NCBI GenBank assembly: GCA_002269645.1 | Contig: NIVC01001788.1 | Location: forward strand, 1-64,000 | DNA length: 64,000 nt | From: Macrostomum lignano | Taxonomy: Eukaryota | Reading direction: 5' to 3' | Part shown: positions 46,999 through 62,192 of the stretch, piece by piece | How positions within the stretch are numbered: the stretch's first letter is position 1 | How the letters are laid out: every line of letters starts with the position of its first letter | Position numbers and translations under genes: made by a program | The notes under the pieces: model-generated | What the model was told of the DNA's origin: nothing | Database searches by the model: none | The model's input: only the letters and a program-made list of their open reading frames with translations

Positions 46999-47769
46999 AT
47001 GCTAGTTCCATACCCTAGTGATATCTGCACTAGACCACAGAATGTCTCCTGAGACTAAACAGACGATAGTACAATGTCAAAAGCTATTTATAGTCTCTGT
47101 ATTGCAATTCCTTTTCAGAATCTTCATGCTTCAGTCTAGCATTACAGATGTAGGTTCGGGTGTTGCCTGAATGATTCGTGGAACTTGAACTCATTGCAAA
47201 ATTCCTTTGAGGATTCTTACTACTTGAGCACTTCTCTTTGCGCTGCACACCGAACTTAATCTCCAAGCTTGAATTAGAGCCACTAAGGAGAGCCACTCTC
47301 CTCTAATCCAGTCTTGTCGCTTTAATCAGTTTGCTCCTCATCCAACTTGAGTGGATTAAATTTTGCTGAATTATCTCCATTTGCATTCGTCAGCTCTTCC
47401 TCCTTACCAGCCCATGCAGAGTCTCTCAGAAGTTGGACTCGACTCTCCCTTCACTGGGTGGCTCCTAAGATATGCTGCTTTTGTGTGTGCGCAAATGGCG
47501 GCCTTTTGTATGCATGTATCTTGTTTGAATACATAAATATTCTATTTTATAATAACTTATGCTGTCATGATTTCCAAATTTCAGTTATTACCGGTCTGAA
47601 ATAAACTTAAAATCTAAAAATGCCTAAAACGGCTGAGTAACTATTGGCACTACAAACTGCAGCATTAGTTGCTGGGCGCTTCTTTGACAGCTTCGAAGGA
47701 GAGAAGACAGTCTTTGTTGGTTAGTATTTATGCATTCAATTTGTGTTTTGACTCTTTTAGACATAGAGG

Positions 47770-48340
47770 ATCCACGGGTTGATGTACAGTAGCCATGAGG
47801 ACACACGGGTTGATGTACAGTAGCCAGAGAAGATGCACGGGTTGATATACAATAGTCAGAGGACACAGGTTGATGTATAGTAGCCAGAGAAAATGCACTG
47901 GTTGATGTACAGTAGCCATAGAGGACACGGGTTGATGTACAGTAGCCATAGAAGACACGGGTTGATGTACAGTAGCCATAGAGGACACGGGTTGATGTAC
48001 AGTAGCCATAGAAGACACGGGTTGATGTACAGTAGCCATAGAGGACACGGGTTGATGTACAGTAGCCATAGAGGACACGGGTTGATGTACAATAGCCATA
48101 GAGGACACGAGTTGATGTATAGTAGCCAGAGAAGATGCACGGGTTGATATACAATAGTCAGAGGACACAGGTTGATGTACAGTAGTCCTAGAGGACACGG
48201 GTTGATGTGCAGTAGCCATAGAAGATACACGGGTTAATGTAAAATAGTCTGAGGACACAGGTTGATGTATAGTAGCCAGAGAAGATACACGGGTTGATGT
48301 ACAATAGTCATAGAAGATGCATGGGTTGATGTACAGTATC
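47770..48340. repeat. 30-bp minisatellite (gggttgatgtacagtagccatagaggacac)
   Basis: About 18 imperfect copies. Confidence 0.9.
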
Positions 48341-49289
48341 CAGAGAGGAAGTCGCCACTGTGACTGTGCAAATGACCGGAGCGGACAGCAGCAGTGGTTT
48401 AGATTGTGACCAAATGACGGGACACTGGGATGTGAGGCGTCGAGCAGCTAAATGCATGTCACGCATAGCAACACTAGCAATCAGCAGCAGCAGTAAGCTG
48501 AAATACTTGCTAACAGGACCAGCGAATCCTTCGGGCTGCCGGTCAGATTCAGTTCAGATATAAAAAGGACTACGGAGGACGCTTGGCAAAACTTGGCCAG
48601 TTATGCAAATCAGAGCCTGGCGCTTTCACTTGGCCCCCGCCCTCTTTCCTTCCTCTAATCACGCTGAGCTGCGTCCTGGAAATTCCCCCCCCCTATATAA
48701 TTCAGTCGGTTGGTTAGTCGGTCCGGCAGAGTTCGCCACTCCGAGGTTCGGGTAGGGTTGGGATGGACAGGGGGTTCTGTCCCAATTCCGGCACTCGGGG
48801 GAAAATTTCTAGTCCAATTGGGGATAGCTTGTTCTGGGATTGCAGTGGATCTACTTTATTTAGTATTATTACAAATATGACTGTTTACTATGGTGATGAC
48901 GAATAATAATAGGTCCGCGCAATCTAGATCCTTGCCTTTGATTTGGCAGGACTCTTCAATTTCCTGGGCAATTTGGGGGGGGGGGTTGTTATATAATTTG
49001 CTATCAATGCAAGGTTGCATTAGGGTGTTTTTTCTCCCGCATTTAGCAGTAAATCTATCGCGCTATTCCGACTCATCGAACTGAGCCGGCTAAAAAAGAT
49101 ATTCGCTATCTTATAGAGGGCACATTTAGAGAGCAAATCGTATTTTTGTTTCCTTCGCTCTTCCTCTAGAAGAGATATATAGGAGGTGTACTATCAGTGC
49201 ATAGAGCAAATATTTGCTCTCGGGAACAGATAAGAGTAAGAGATGAATGACTGCTCTAGTAGTTACAAGTCCTTCAAATTTGTGTTCAA

Positions 49290-50400
49290 AAGCTTCAAAC
49301 CCAGATCCCCAGTTGCTGGGCCACCCTACCAGATCCTCAGTTGCTGGGCCACCCTCCCAGACACTCAGTTGCTGGGCCAGCCTCCCAGATTCTCAGTTGC
49401 TGAGCCAGCCTCCCAGATCCTCAGTTGCTGAGCCAGCCTCCCAGATCCTCAGTTGCTGGGCCAGCCTCCCAGATCGTCAGTTGCTGGGCTAACATCCCAG
49501 ATCCTCAGTTTCTGGGCCAGCCTCCCAGATCGTCAGTTGCTGGGCTAACATCCCAGATCCTCAGTTTCTGAGCCACACTCCCATATCGTCAGTTGCTGAA
49601 CCAGCCTCCCAAATCCTCAGTTGCTGAGCCACACTCCCAGATCGTCAGTTGCTGAGCCAGCCTCCCAGATCCTCAGTTGCTGGGCCAGCATCTCAGATCC
49701 TCAGTTGCTGGGCCAGCCTCCCAGATCCTCAGTTGCTGGGCCAGCCTCCCAGATCTTCAGTTGCTGAGCCAGCCTCCCAGATCCTCAGTTGCTGGGCCAC
49801 CCTCGCAGATCCTCAGTTGCTGGGCCAGCATCTCAGATCCTCAGTTGCTGGGCCACCCTCGCAGATCCTCAGTTGCTGGGTCAGCATCTCAGATCCTCAG
49901 TTGCTGAGCCAGCCTCCCAGATCCTCAGTTGCTGGGCCACCCTCGCAGATCCTCAGTTGCTGGGCCAGCCTCCCAGATCCTCAGCTGCTGGGCCAGCCTC
50001 CCAGATCCTCAGCTTCTGGGCCAGCCTCCCAGATCCTCAGTTGCTGGGCCAGCCTCCCAGATCCTCAGTTGCTGAGCCAGACTCCCAGATCCTCAGTTGC
50101 TGAGCCAGCCTCCCAGATCCTCAGCTTCTGGGCCAGCCTCCCAGATCCTCAGTTGCTGAGCCACACTCCCAGATCCTCAGTTGCTGAGCCAGCCTCCCAG
50201 ATCCTCAGCTGCTGGGCCAGCCTCCCAGATCCTCAGCTTCTGGGCCAGCCTCCCAGATCCTCAGTTGCTGAGCCACACTCCCAGATCCTCAGTTGCTGAG
50301 CCAGCCTCCCAGATCCTCAGCTGCTGGGCCAGCCTCCCAGATCCTCAGCTTCTGGGCCAGCCTCCCAGGTCCTCAGTTGCTGAGTCAGATCTGTTGCTGG
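49290..50400 (+). repeat. 28-bp minisatellite (gctgggccagcctcccagatcctcagtt), ~39 copies
   Basis: Direct inspection. It accounts for the PQLLGQPPRSS pseudo-ORFs. Confidence 0.95.
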
Positions 50401-51039
50401 GCCAGCCTCCTGGATTCTTGCATCAAGCTGACTTCTTGTTAGAGGGTGCGGCTATCCAGGCAGAACGTATTTACACTGCAAGCTAATTGAACAGTCAAAG
50501 GCTATCTAAAAAACAAGCTGGCGGATAGAAAAAAACTTTCTTGAGCTACTGCACTGTAATTACTTGGCGAATTGGCTAATCCCATGGGCTAATTAGCTAT
50601 GCTCTAATAGTCGTTGAAGCTGCAAGAAATCCTATTTCTCTCTCTCTTTCTGTCTTGCGAGTAGGTGAGGCCTTCTTTCTTTAACTTCACAGGAGAGATG
50701 GTCGGGTAGGGGGGGGGGGTAGAGGTGAGTCCGCATTGAGCATGTTGCATTCCCCCTGTATATGCGACCCGCGACTTCGGCTACTTTGCTACTTTTCCCC
50801 CAATAGCAATCCCAAATTTTTTTCTCTATGCGCGCCGCGTTTCGTGCAGCCCCCTCGGCGTAGACTGGTCCGGTTAGTGGGATAGAATTTGTGCAGTAGA
50901 TATATATATAAGGCTAAGACTCTAAAGGCTCAGCTCGTTCAACCTGCTAATTAAGCTGCTACTGCTGCTGCTGCTGTATCTTATTGACGCTGCTTTGAAG
51001 ATTTCCCAGTGCTGCCTGTCTTCAGCTACCCCTGATTGG

Positions 51040-53088
51040 ATGATTCGACTGACTTCAGTGATGAAGGAGAGGGTGGGTGGGGGTAGGGTAAGCTTTTGAA
51101 TAGACAAAATGCTTGGGCAAAAAGTTGCTAAGCTGAACTGATTCTCATAGATGAGGAAGGTTGACGTTTCTATCTGAGTGGAGACTGTTTCCCTATTCTT
51201 TTTCGGTTTTTTTTGCTGCTTCTAGAGTTGTAAGTGCCAGATTTTGTCTATTGCTTTTACCTGTCACAATACTGTCTAGAGAGTAGCTTGCATCTCACAG
51301 AGCGAGCAGGAATTCTCAGGTATAGATGGGGAGAGAGTGTCTCACAGAGAGGAATTCTCAGGAATAGGTAGGGAAGAGAGTGTCTTACAGAAAGGGGAAT
51401 TCTCAGGCACAGGTGATAGAGCAGCAGAAGGGGAATTCTCAGGCACAGGTGATAGAGCAGCAGAAGGGGAATTCTCAGGCACAGGTGATAGAGCAGTAGA
51501 GGGAATTCTCAGGCACAGGTGATAGAGCAGCAGAGGGAATTCTCAGGCACAGGTGATAGAGCAGCAGAAGGGGAATTCTCAGGCACAGATGATAGAGCAG
51601 CATAAGGGGAATTCTCAGGCACAGGTGATAGAGCAGCAGAGGGGAATTCTCAGGCACAGGTGATAGAGCAGCATAAGGGGAATTCTCAGGCACAGGTGAT
51701 AGAGCAGCAGAGGGGAATTCTCAGGCACAGGTGATAGAGCAGCATAAGGGGAATTCTCAGGCACAGGTGATAGAGCAGCAGAGGGGAATTCTCAGGCACA
51801 GGTGATAGAGCAGCAGAGGGGAATTCTCAGGCACAGGTGATAGAGCAGCATAAGGGGAATTCTCAGGCACAGGTGATAGAGCAGCAGAGGGAAATTCTCA
51901 GGCACAGGTGATAGAGCAGCAGAGGGGAATTCTCAGGCACAGGTGATAGAGCAGCAGAGGGGAATTCTCAGGCACAGGTGATAGAGCAGTAGAGGGAAAT
52001 TCTCAGGCACAGGTGATAGAGCAGTAGAGGGAATTCTCAGGCACAGGTGATAGAGCAGCATAAGGGGAATTCTCAGGCACAGGTGATAGAGCAGCAGAGG
52101 GGAATTCTCAGGCACAGGTGATAGAGCAGCAGAGGGGAATTCTCAGGCACAGGTGATAGAGCAGTAGAGGGAAATTCTCAGGCACAGGTGATAGAGCAGC
52201 AGAAGGGGAATTCTCAGGCACAGGTGATAGAGCAGCAGAGGGGAATTAAGGTCAGGTGAGACAGTATTTAGCCCAGGCTAACGCAGGCGGGCGGATATGA
52301 GCAGGTTATCTGGGCATCTGATACGGAAAAACCGCAACCATTATTCTCTCTCTCTTTCCTGTCCCCTCCAGCCAGCCCGCCGCCCAGCCGGAACCCTGTC
52401 GAATTTGTCGCCAAAGTCTCTGGACGCCGCCGCTGTTAGCGGCGGTTCAAGCGGCGCCCAAAGCGACGGCGCCGCTTCGTCCGCCAGCCCGCCGCTGATG
52501 CCGCCGAAACGTCAGTGCCGGTCCCTGTCGCTGCGCGGCGGCCAAGCGCTGGTCCGCCCGGTGCCGCTCCGGCCGGCCTGCCAGCGGCTCGCCGCAGGCC
52601 TCGACGCCATCAGCCTTCGAGTCGACTCGCCGACTGCGGCCACCGCCGCCTCCTCTCGTCGTCGGCGAACCCCCAGCGGAAGCGGCGGCAGCGGTGTCGG
52701 AGACGTCATCGGCGGTGTCCGGCCCAGCGCGTCGGACACGCGGCTCAGCGAGTCCTCGGACGAAGCCTTGGCGGCGGCTGCGGCGGCCAGCGCCACGGCC
52801 CGGCTGCAGGCCGAACTGCATCCGCTGCCCAGCACCGGGCGCAGCTTCCTTGTTGGCCTGCCGCGCATCGCCGACACGTCGCTGCCGGCAACGCCGACAA
52901 CGCCGGCGTCCGGAGTCTGCGGCTTCGGCTTCGCTGCTGCCGGCAGCCGCGGTCGGGACTCGCCGACCTCCTGGTCGGATCGGGCACCGTCCGAGAGCAG
53001 CTGCGGCGCGGAAGACCCAGACGATGCCGAGGACAGAACAGGGGGAGGCGGCGAGCTCGATGTTGATGAAATTGAGCAGGACTTGTAG
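51040..53088 (+). CDS. FAM53: FAM53/simplet-like protein; main exon 52372-53088, putative first exon 51040-51087, ~254 aa
   Basis: PPKRQCRSLS matches the FAM53 PPxKRHCRSLS motif, and C-terminal GELDVDEIEQDL resembles the FAM53 (E)LDLEQIEN terminus. There is a strong acceptor (ctctctttcctgtcccctccag) at 52371 and a phase-0 donor agg|gtaagc at 51087. The first exon is tentative. Confidence 0.6.
51340..52250. repeat. ~35-bp minisatellite (gggaattctcaggcacaggtgatagagcagcagag) in the FAM53-like intron
   Basis: About 25 copies. Confidence 0.92.
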
Positions 53089-53790
53089 TGAGCTTGAGAG
53101 CTCGCCAAGCATCGGTCCTTCATCCCTCCTCAACTCCAGCCTCTGCGCTTCTTCAGCCTGTTCCGCTGCATTCCTTTGCTTGGACTTGGAGCCAGACCAA
53201 GAGCTCAGATACAATATGTTTATAAATAACTTGTCAGTATATTTTAGTGTAAAGTCGGCCTTGAAAAATTTCTAAAGTGACTTGCAGACTGCAAACGGCT
53301 TGCTATTGGTGCAGCCGTTAATGTACACCAGCCAGCATCGCTGAGAATGTACATGACAGGCAGCTTATAGGCTGGAACACACCGAGAAAGGCAATAAAAA
53401 ATTTGCTGTTGGGTGTGGGCAGAGATTTAAGCGATTGGAGTCAGAGAGCCTATAAATGAGTGTTGCCTTGAAAATACATTTAAATGCTTCAATTTAACTT
53501 ACTACTGAACTGTAAGTAGATTACACGCAAATGTTCTGAGTGGCCCATCTTTAGTTATTATAATATAGTCATTACAGAAATCTGTAATTGCCAGTGTTGC
53601 TTTCTATTGTTGGCTATTTGTCCATAAAGTCTGTATTGCTGTTTATTGCTAGCATTCGATTTTACAGATGCTTTGCCTGCTCTGCCGGTTCTTCATTTGT
53701 TTGCCTGTTGTTTATGAGGAATTGAGGCGCTACTGTTTATGACTGCTGTTAGTAGCCATGACTGCTGTTTCAGAGCTTTTTTAGTTTTAA

Positions 53791-55191
<1,401 letters not shown>

Positions 55192-55799
55192 TGAATTCTA
55201 GTTGGAGAAACCAGCTAAACTTATCAACTGTTTCCATATTTGTTTTAGTTTGAAGATTTTTTTTAAATTCATATTTGCTTCACTCAGTTGGCAGTTTGCT
55301 GATACAGAATGCACTTTAATAACAAATTACCTGTGCACTGCGTCATCAGTTTTAGTCCGCTCAAAAGTTCAAGCTGCAAGTGTTCCAGTGTTAACTAAGA
55401 TTACTCCTGTTGCATTTCAAAGCGACTGTCTGGTCTCTGCCCCCATCAATGTTGAACAATTATAAATAGCAGTAACTATGCTTTCATGACTACTCACTCC
55501 AGTAGCATGACTCGGTAAATGCTTATTGTTTATTTGTTTCATTTATTTATTTCTAGTTATTTCCGGCTAATTTTCGTAATTTTTTATGACTATTTATATA
55601 CTACTGACTACTGACTACTGTCATATTTGCCTATACAAGTCTGGCATAGTTATTGTCATAAACGGCAGGGTTAATTAGCAGATACTCTCTGATCTATTCG
55701 TAAATGGTGTTCCATGCAACTTTGCTGATTAAAACTGCACCCAGAGTAATCAACTTTGAGAAAATTATTTATCACCTTATTGACAGTCCTATCTTATGT

Positions 55800-58700
55800 A
55801 CATCCCTGAGAAATCGCCACTCTATATTACACACCCCTGAGAAATCGCCACTCTATATTACACAGTCCTGAGAAATCGCCACTCTATATTACACACCCCT
55901 GAGAAATCGCCACTCTATATTACACAGTCCTGAGAAATCGCCACTCTATATTACACACCCCTGAGAAATCGCCACTCTATATTACACAGTCCTGAGAAAT
56001 CGCCACTCTATATTACACAGTCCTGAGAAATCGCCACTCTATATTACACAGTCCTGAGAAATCGCCACTCTATATTACACAGTCCTGAGAAATCGCCACT
56101 CTATATTACACAGTCCTGAGAAATCGCCACTCTATATTACACAGTCCTGAGAAATCGCCACTCTATATTACACACCCCTGAGAAATCGCCACTCTATATT
56201 ACACACCCCTGAGAAATCGCCACTCTATATTACACAGTCCTGAGAAATCGCCACTCTATATTACACACCTGAGAAATCGCCACTCTATATTACACACCTG
56301 AGAAATCGCCACTCTATATTACACAGTCCTGAGAAATCGCCACTCTATATTACACAGTCCTGAGAAATCGCCACTCTATATTACACACCCCTGAGAAATC
56401 GCCACTCTATATTACACAGTCCTGAGAAATCGCCACTCTATATTACACACCCCTGAGAAATCGCCACTCTATATTACACAGTCCTGAGAAATCGCCACTC
56501 TATATTACACACCCCTGAGAAATCGCCACTCTATATTACACACCCCTGAGAAATCGCCACTCTATATTACACAGTCCTGAGAAATCGCCACTCTATATTA
56601 CACAGTCCTGAGAAATCGCCACTCTATATTACACACCCCTGAGAAATCGCCACTCTATATTACACACCCCTGAGAAATCGCCACTCTATATTACACAGTC
56701 CTGAGAAATCGCCACTCTATATTACACACCCCTGAGAAATCGCCACTCTATATTACACACGCCCTGAGAAATCGCCACTCTATATTACACACCCCTGAGA
56801 AATCGCCACTCTATATTACACACCCCTGAGAAATCGCCACTCTATATTACACAGTCCTGAGAAATCGCCACTCTATATTACACACCCCTGAGAAATCGCC
56901 ACTCTATATTACACACCCCTGAGAAATCGCCACTCTATATTACACAGTCCTGAGAAATCGCCACTCTATATTACACACCTGAGAAATCGCCACTCTATAT
57001 TACACACCTGAGAAATCGCCACTCTATATTACACACCTGAGAAATCGCCACTCTATATTACACACCTGAGAAATCGCCACTCTATATTACACACCCCTGA
57101 GAAATCGCCACTCTATATTACACACCCCTGAGAAATCGCCACTCTATATTACACACCCTGAGAAATCGCCACTCTATATTACACACCCTGAGAAATCGCC
57201 ACTCTATATTACACACCCCTGAGAAATCGCCACTCTATATTACACACCCCTGAGAAATCGCCACTCTATATTACACACCCTGAGAAATCGCCACTCTATA
57301 TTACACAGTCCTGAGAAATCGCCACTCTATATTACACACCTGAGAAATCGCCACTCTATATTACACACCCCTGAGAAATCGCCACTCTATATTACACACC
57401 CCTGAGAAATCGCCACTCTATATTACACACCCTGAGAAATCGCCACTCTATATTACACACCCCTGAGAAATCGCCACTCTATATTACACACCCCTGAGAA
57501 ATCGCCACTCTATATTACACACCCCTGAGAAATCGCCACTCTATATTACACACCCCTGAGAAATCGCCACTCTATATTACACACCCCTGAGAAATCGCCA
57601 CTCTATATTACACACCCCTGAGAAATCGCCACTCTATATTACACACCCCTGAGAAATCGCCACTCTATATTACACACCCCTGAGAAATCGCCACTCTATA
57701 TTACACACCCCTGAGAAATCGCCACTCTATATTACACACCCCTGAGAAATCGCCACTCTATATTACACACCCCTGAGAAATCGCCACTCTATATTACACA
57801 CCCCTGAGAAATCGCCACTCTATATTACACACCCTGAGAAATCGCCACTCTATATTACACACCCCTGAGAAATCGCCACTCTATATTACACACCCCTGAG
57901 AAATCGCCACTCTATATTACACACCCCTGAGAAATCGCCACTCTATATTACACACCCCTGAGAAATCGCCACTCTATATTACACACCCCTGAGAAATCGC
58001 CACTCTATATTACACACCCCTGAGAAATCGCCACTCTATATTACACACCCCTGAGAAATCGCCACTCTATATTACACACCCCTGAGAAATCGCCACTCTA
58101 TATTACACACCCCTGAGAAATCGCCACTCTATATTACACACCCCTGAGAAATCGCCACTCTATATTACACACCCCTGAGAAATCGCCACTCTATATTACA
58201 CACCCCTGAGAAATCGCCACTCTATATTACACACCCTGAGAAATCGCCACTCTATATTACACACCCCTGAGAAATCGCCACTCTATATTACACACCCCTG
58301 AGAAATCGCCACTCTATATTACACACCCCTGAGAAATCGCCACTCTATATTACACACCCCTGAGAAATCGCCACTCTATATTACACACCCCTGAGAAATC
58401 GCCACTCTATATTACACACCCCTGAGAAATCGCCACTCTATATTACACACCCCTGAGAAATCGCCACTCTATATTACACACCCCTGAGAAATCGCCACTC
58501 TATATTACACACCCCTGAGAAATCGCCACTCTATATTACACACCCTGAGAAATCGCCACTCTATATTACACACCCCTGAGAAATCGCCACTCTATATTAC
58601 ACACCCTGAGAAATCGCCACTCTATATTACACACCCCTGAGAAATCGCCACTCTATATTACACACCCCTGAGAAATCGCCACTCTATATTACACACCCCT

Positions 58701-59295
58701 GAGAAATCGCCACTCTATATTACACACCCCTGAGAAATCGCCACTCTATATTACACACCCCTGAGAAATCGCCACTCTATATTACACACCCCTGAGAAAT
58801 CGCCACTCTATATTACACACCCTGAGAAATCGCCACTCTATATTACACACCCCTGAGAAATCGCCACTCTATATTACACACCCCTGAGAAATCGCCACTC
58901 TATATTACACACCCTGAGAAATCGCCACTCTATTACACACCCCTGAGAAATCGCCACTCTATATTACACGCCCTGAGAAATCGCCACTCTATATTACACA
59001 CCCCTGAGAACTCTGAGAAATCGCCACTCTATATTACACACCCCTGAGAAATCGCCACTCTATATTACACACCCTGAGAAATCGCCACTCTATATTACAC
59101 ACCCCTGAGAAATCGCCACTCTATATTACACACCCTGAGAAATCGCCACTCTATATTACACACCCTGAGAAATCGCCACTCTATATTACACATGAGAAAT
59201 CGCCACTCTATATTACACACCCTGAGAAATCGCCACTCTATATTACACACCCCTGAGAAATCGCCACTCTATATTACACACCCCTGAGAAATCTA
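55800..59295. repeat. 31-bp minisatellite (cctgagaaatcgccactctatattacacacc), ~113 copies, largest array in the window
   Basis: Direct inspection. Confidence 0.96.
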
Positions 59296-60409
59296 TATTC
59301 AAGTCTGGAAAATAAACCTTTTACCTAAGGGTATTTACAAGCAACCGCCTCAACTACATAAAGCAATTCTTGTAAAGCTATTGGCAGTTTGCACGAAGTC
59401 ACTCTTTAGAAAATACACGATGTTAAAACGCTTTTGTTATCTTTTAATTTTTTCTCTGTTTGATTTGACTGCAAAAAAATTGCGTTTAGACTCTGATGAA
59501 GACTTTGATTCTAGCAACTGGCAGGTCAAGTGGCTTGGCAGTGGCTTGGCATTGTTGTTGCGCAATTTTCTAGGAAAGACAATAATTGTCAGTCTGATGT
59601 TGAATTCGAGATAATAATAATAACGGCAGGTATGAGAGGCTCGGAGGCAGATGGTCACCCTTTTGACCACTTGTTATTGGTTGTCAAGCGGATTCTGCTC
59701 AAGGTGTGCAATTAGCGCAGTTTAGTGGGCACCTGAGCTCTGGCTCAGATTTTTTCTTGTTTCCGATTATTCGATAGAGAGAGAGACTTTCACCATTCCT
59801 CACGAAAAAATCTGAGAATGATAACTCGTGCTCCCCTGCTGAGTTCAAACCTGACTCGCCTCATCCACTGCTCAACCCCTAGCGAGTCTCCATGCTGCTC
59901 AATAGGAGGTCTGTCTTTTGCAATCGACTTTTCTTGTAGGTTTTTTAGGAAAGTCGATCGTTTTAAGATCGTGTTAAACGATGCCCCGAGGCTGTGGCGC
60001 AGCCAAGGTAATAAAAGGCATCGGACTGGAAAATAACTAAATTGATGGGCAAGTCGGCTTAGGGACTGGCTGACTGGGAAAAGGGAAACGAATAGTAAGA
60101 ATTAAATTACAGTCCCGCAGACTGTGACATTACTTCTGTGCCGCGTGACTGCATTTCTATGGCTAAAACTGTTAAATAATGGAACTGCTAAAGCTAAGCT
60201 AGCATTCTTATTCTTGATAGTTTTTACCCTTTGGTGGCATTTTGGTGTCACCTCATGCGTATAAGCTTGTACATGTACGTGTTCTCGAGATGTACAGGAT
60301 AATAAAAGCCTACGAGCTGATTGTACGCTCATACCAACTGACATTCAATGGTGCAGCATTGAAGCATTTTTTGTTGAGTGGCGCCATTGTGTGATGCTTT
60401 TGCCTGGCA

Positions 60410-60710
60410 AGGGGCGCCAGCACCAAGGGGCGCCAGCACCAAGGGGCGCCAGCACCAAGGGGCGCCAGCACCAAGGGGCGCCAGCACCAAGGGGCGCCAG
60501 CACCAAGGGGCGCCAGCACCAAGGGGCGCCAGCACCAAGGGGCGCCAGCACCAAGGGGCGCCAGCACCAAGGGGCGCCAGCACCAAGGGGCGCCAGCACC
60601 AAGGGGCGCCAGCACCAAGGGGCGCCAGCACCAAGGGGCGCCAGCACCAAGGGGCGCCAGCACCAAGGGGCGCCAGCACCAAGGGACGCCAGCACCAAAG
60701 GGGCGCCAAA
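60410..60710. repeat. 16-bp minisatellite (ggggcgccagcaccaa), ~18 copies
   Basis: Nearly perfect copies. Confidence 0.95.
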
Positions 60711-61119
60711 ATTTTTAATCGGCCCATTGCTTGAGGCGGAGATGCCCAATTTTCAAATTGTTTATCGAAGCTGAATACGAAAATGTATGCAAAAGAGTTC
60801 AGCAGACACTTGCCGCGCGCGCGCATGTCATCACATCATTCCCGATGTGCACCATATAGTGAGAGCCATTTGTCAGGACTGTCAAAAAATTCCACACAAA
60901 CCTGCTGTTTTTCACCGCTCCGTTGCGTTTCAACTTGAATCACATAAAAAGGTGTTAAACTTATGCAGCCCATGCTGTTGGTTTATGCTTGTCTGGTTCT
61001 GACACGCCTTAGTGCAGATCTTTTGAATTTATTAATTTATTCTGCTATTTTGTTCCAGTTTTTATTTAATTTAGCATATCTTGCATTTAGGAATTTCTTT
61101 GAAAAACTATTGTACATGT

Positions 61120-61360
61120 ACCTGAGCAGCTCACTCAGTGACCCGGGTGAGGATAGCTGAGCAGCTCACTCATTGACCCGGGTGAGGATAGCTGAGCAGC
61201 TCACTCATTGACCCGGGTGAGGATAGCTGAGCAGCTCACTCATTGACCCGGGTGAGGATAGCTGAGCAGCTCACTCATTGACCCGGGTGAGGATAGCTGA
61301 GCAGCTCACTCATTGACCCGGGTGAGGATAGCTGAGCAGCTCACTCAATGACCCGGGAGT
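61120..61360. repeat. 35-bp minisatellite (gctgagcagctcactcattgacccgggtgaggata)
   Basis: About 6-7 copies. It shares gctcactca(g/t)tga with the 4960-5740 array. Confidence 0.9.
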
Positions 61361-62192
61361 CAGTAGCTGAGTACCTACCCTCTCCTACTGTCTTAATTCT
61401 TGTCTCAACTTTCTAGAAAAAATCGGCCTTCAAAAATCCCCTAACGTTTCACGAGTGCTTTGGCTCTCTTTTCATTGCCCATTTTACTAGCAAAATATGA
61501 GCGCGGACTTCAGGCTCCGTTGAATCGATATCCATCCCTTCTTCACGGTGTCTAGCAATTATGTCATCAACAGTTGTCGTACAAGAGGCTCGAACCTGAT
61601 CCCTTTTGAAATTGAGTTGGCGAGTGGCGAACCCTGTGTTGTGGCGTGATCTCTTGAACCTCATCTAACAACAGCTCTGATAAGCAAAAGTGACATTCGA
61701 TATAGATAAAACGGACAAATCACTCAATTATGTCATTGATAGTGTGCTCATGTTCTGTATTTTATACTCAATCATGACGTCATCTGTATGGGCACTTTTT
61801 ATCTTTTGTCTCAGCTTCCGCTTTTGCGTTCCCTTGTGTAAACAAGCTTCTCAAATTACTTTCTTGAACAACTGTTGACTCAAGCAGATAAAGCGATTAG
61901 TTATTTTAAACACATTTGAAAGTAATTGAGTTGGTCAGAATAGTTTATTATTAGCAAATAAGTATACTAGTAAGTTTTTTGGATATTTACAGAATAGCAT
62001 TGAACAAACACGCAATTGATAGACATGCAAATCTCTACAACGGTGTGTATAGCAAGCATTAATTTAATGTACATTTGAATGTCAAAACTATTTATTTACA
62101 GGCTTATCACAGACGTCGCTTTCAACGCAAAAAAATAACTTCGCTACAAAACAATGATTGAGATTAAACGAGTAGAGAGATAGAGTTGCCTT

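Noticed and set aside
61449-61664. 71-aa minus-strand ORF near HES
   Set aside because: It has no recognisable motif or supported splice partners.
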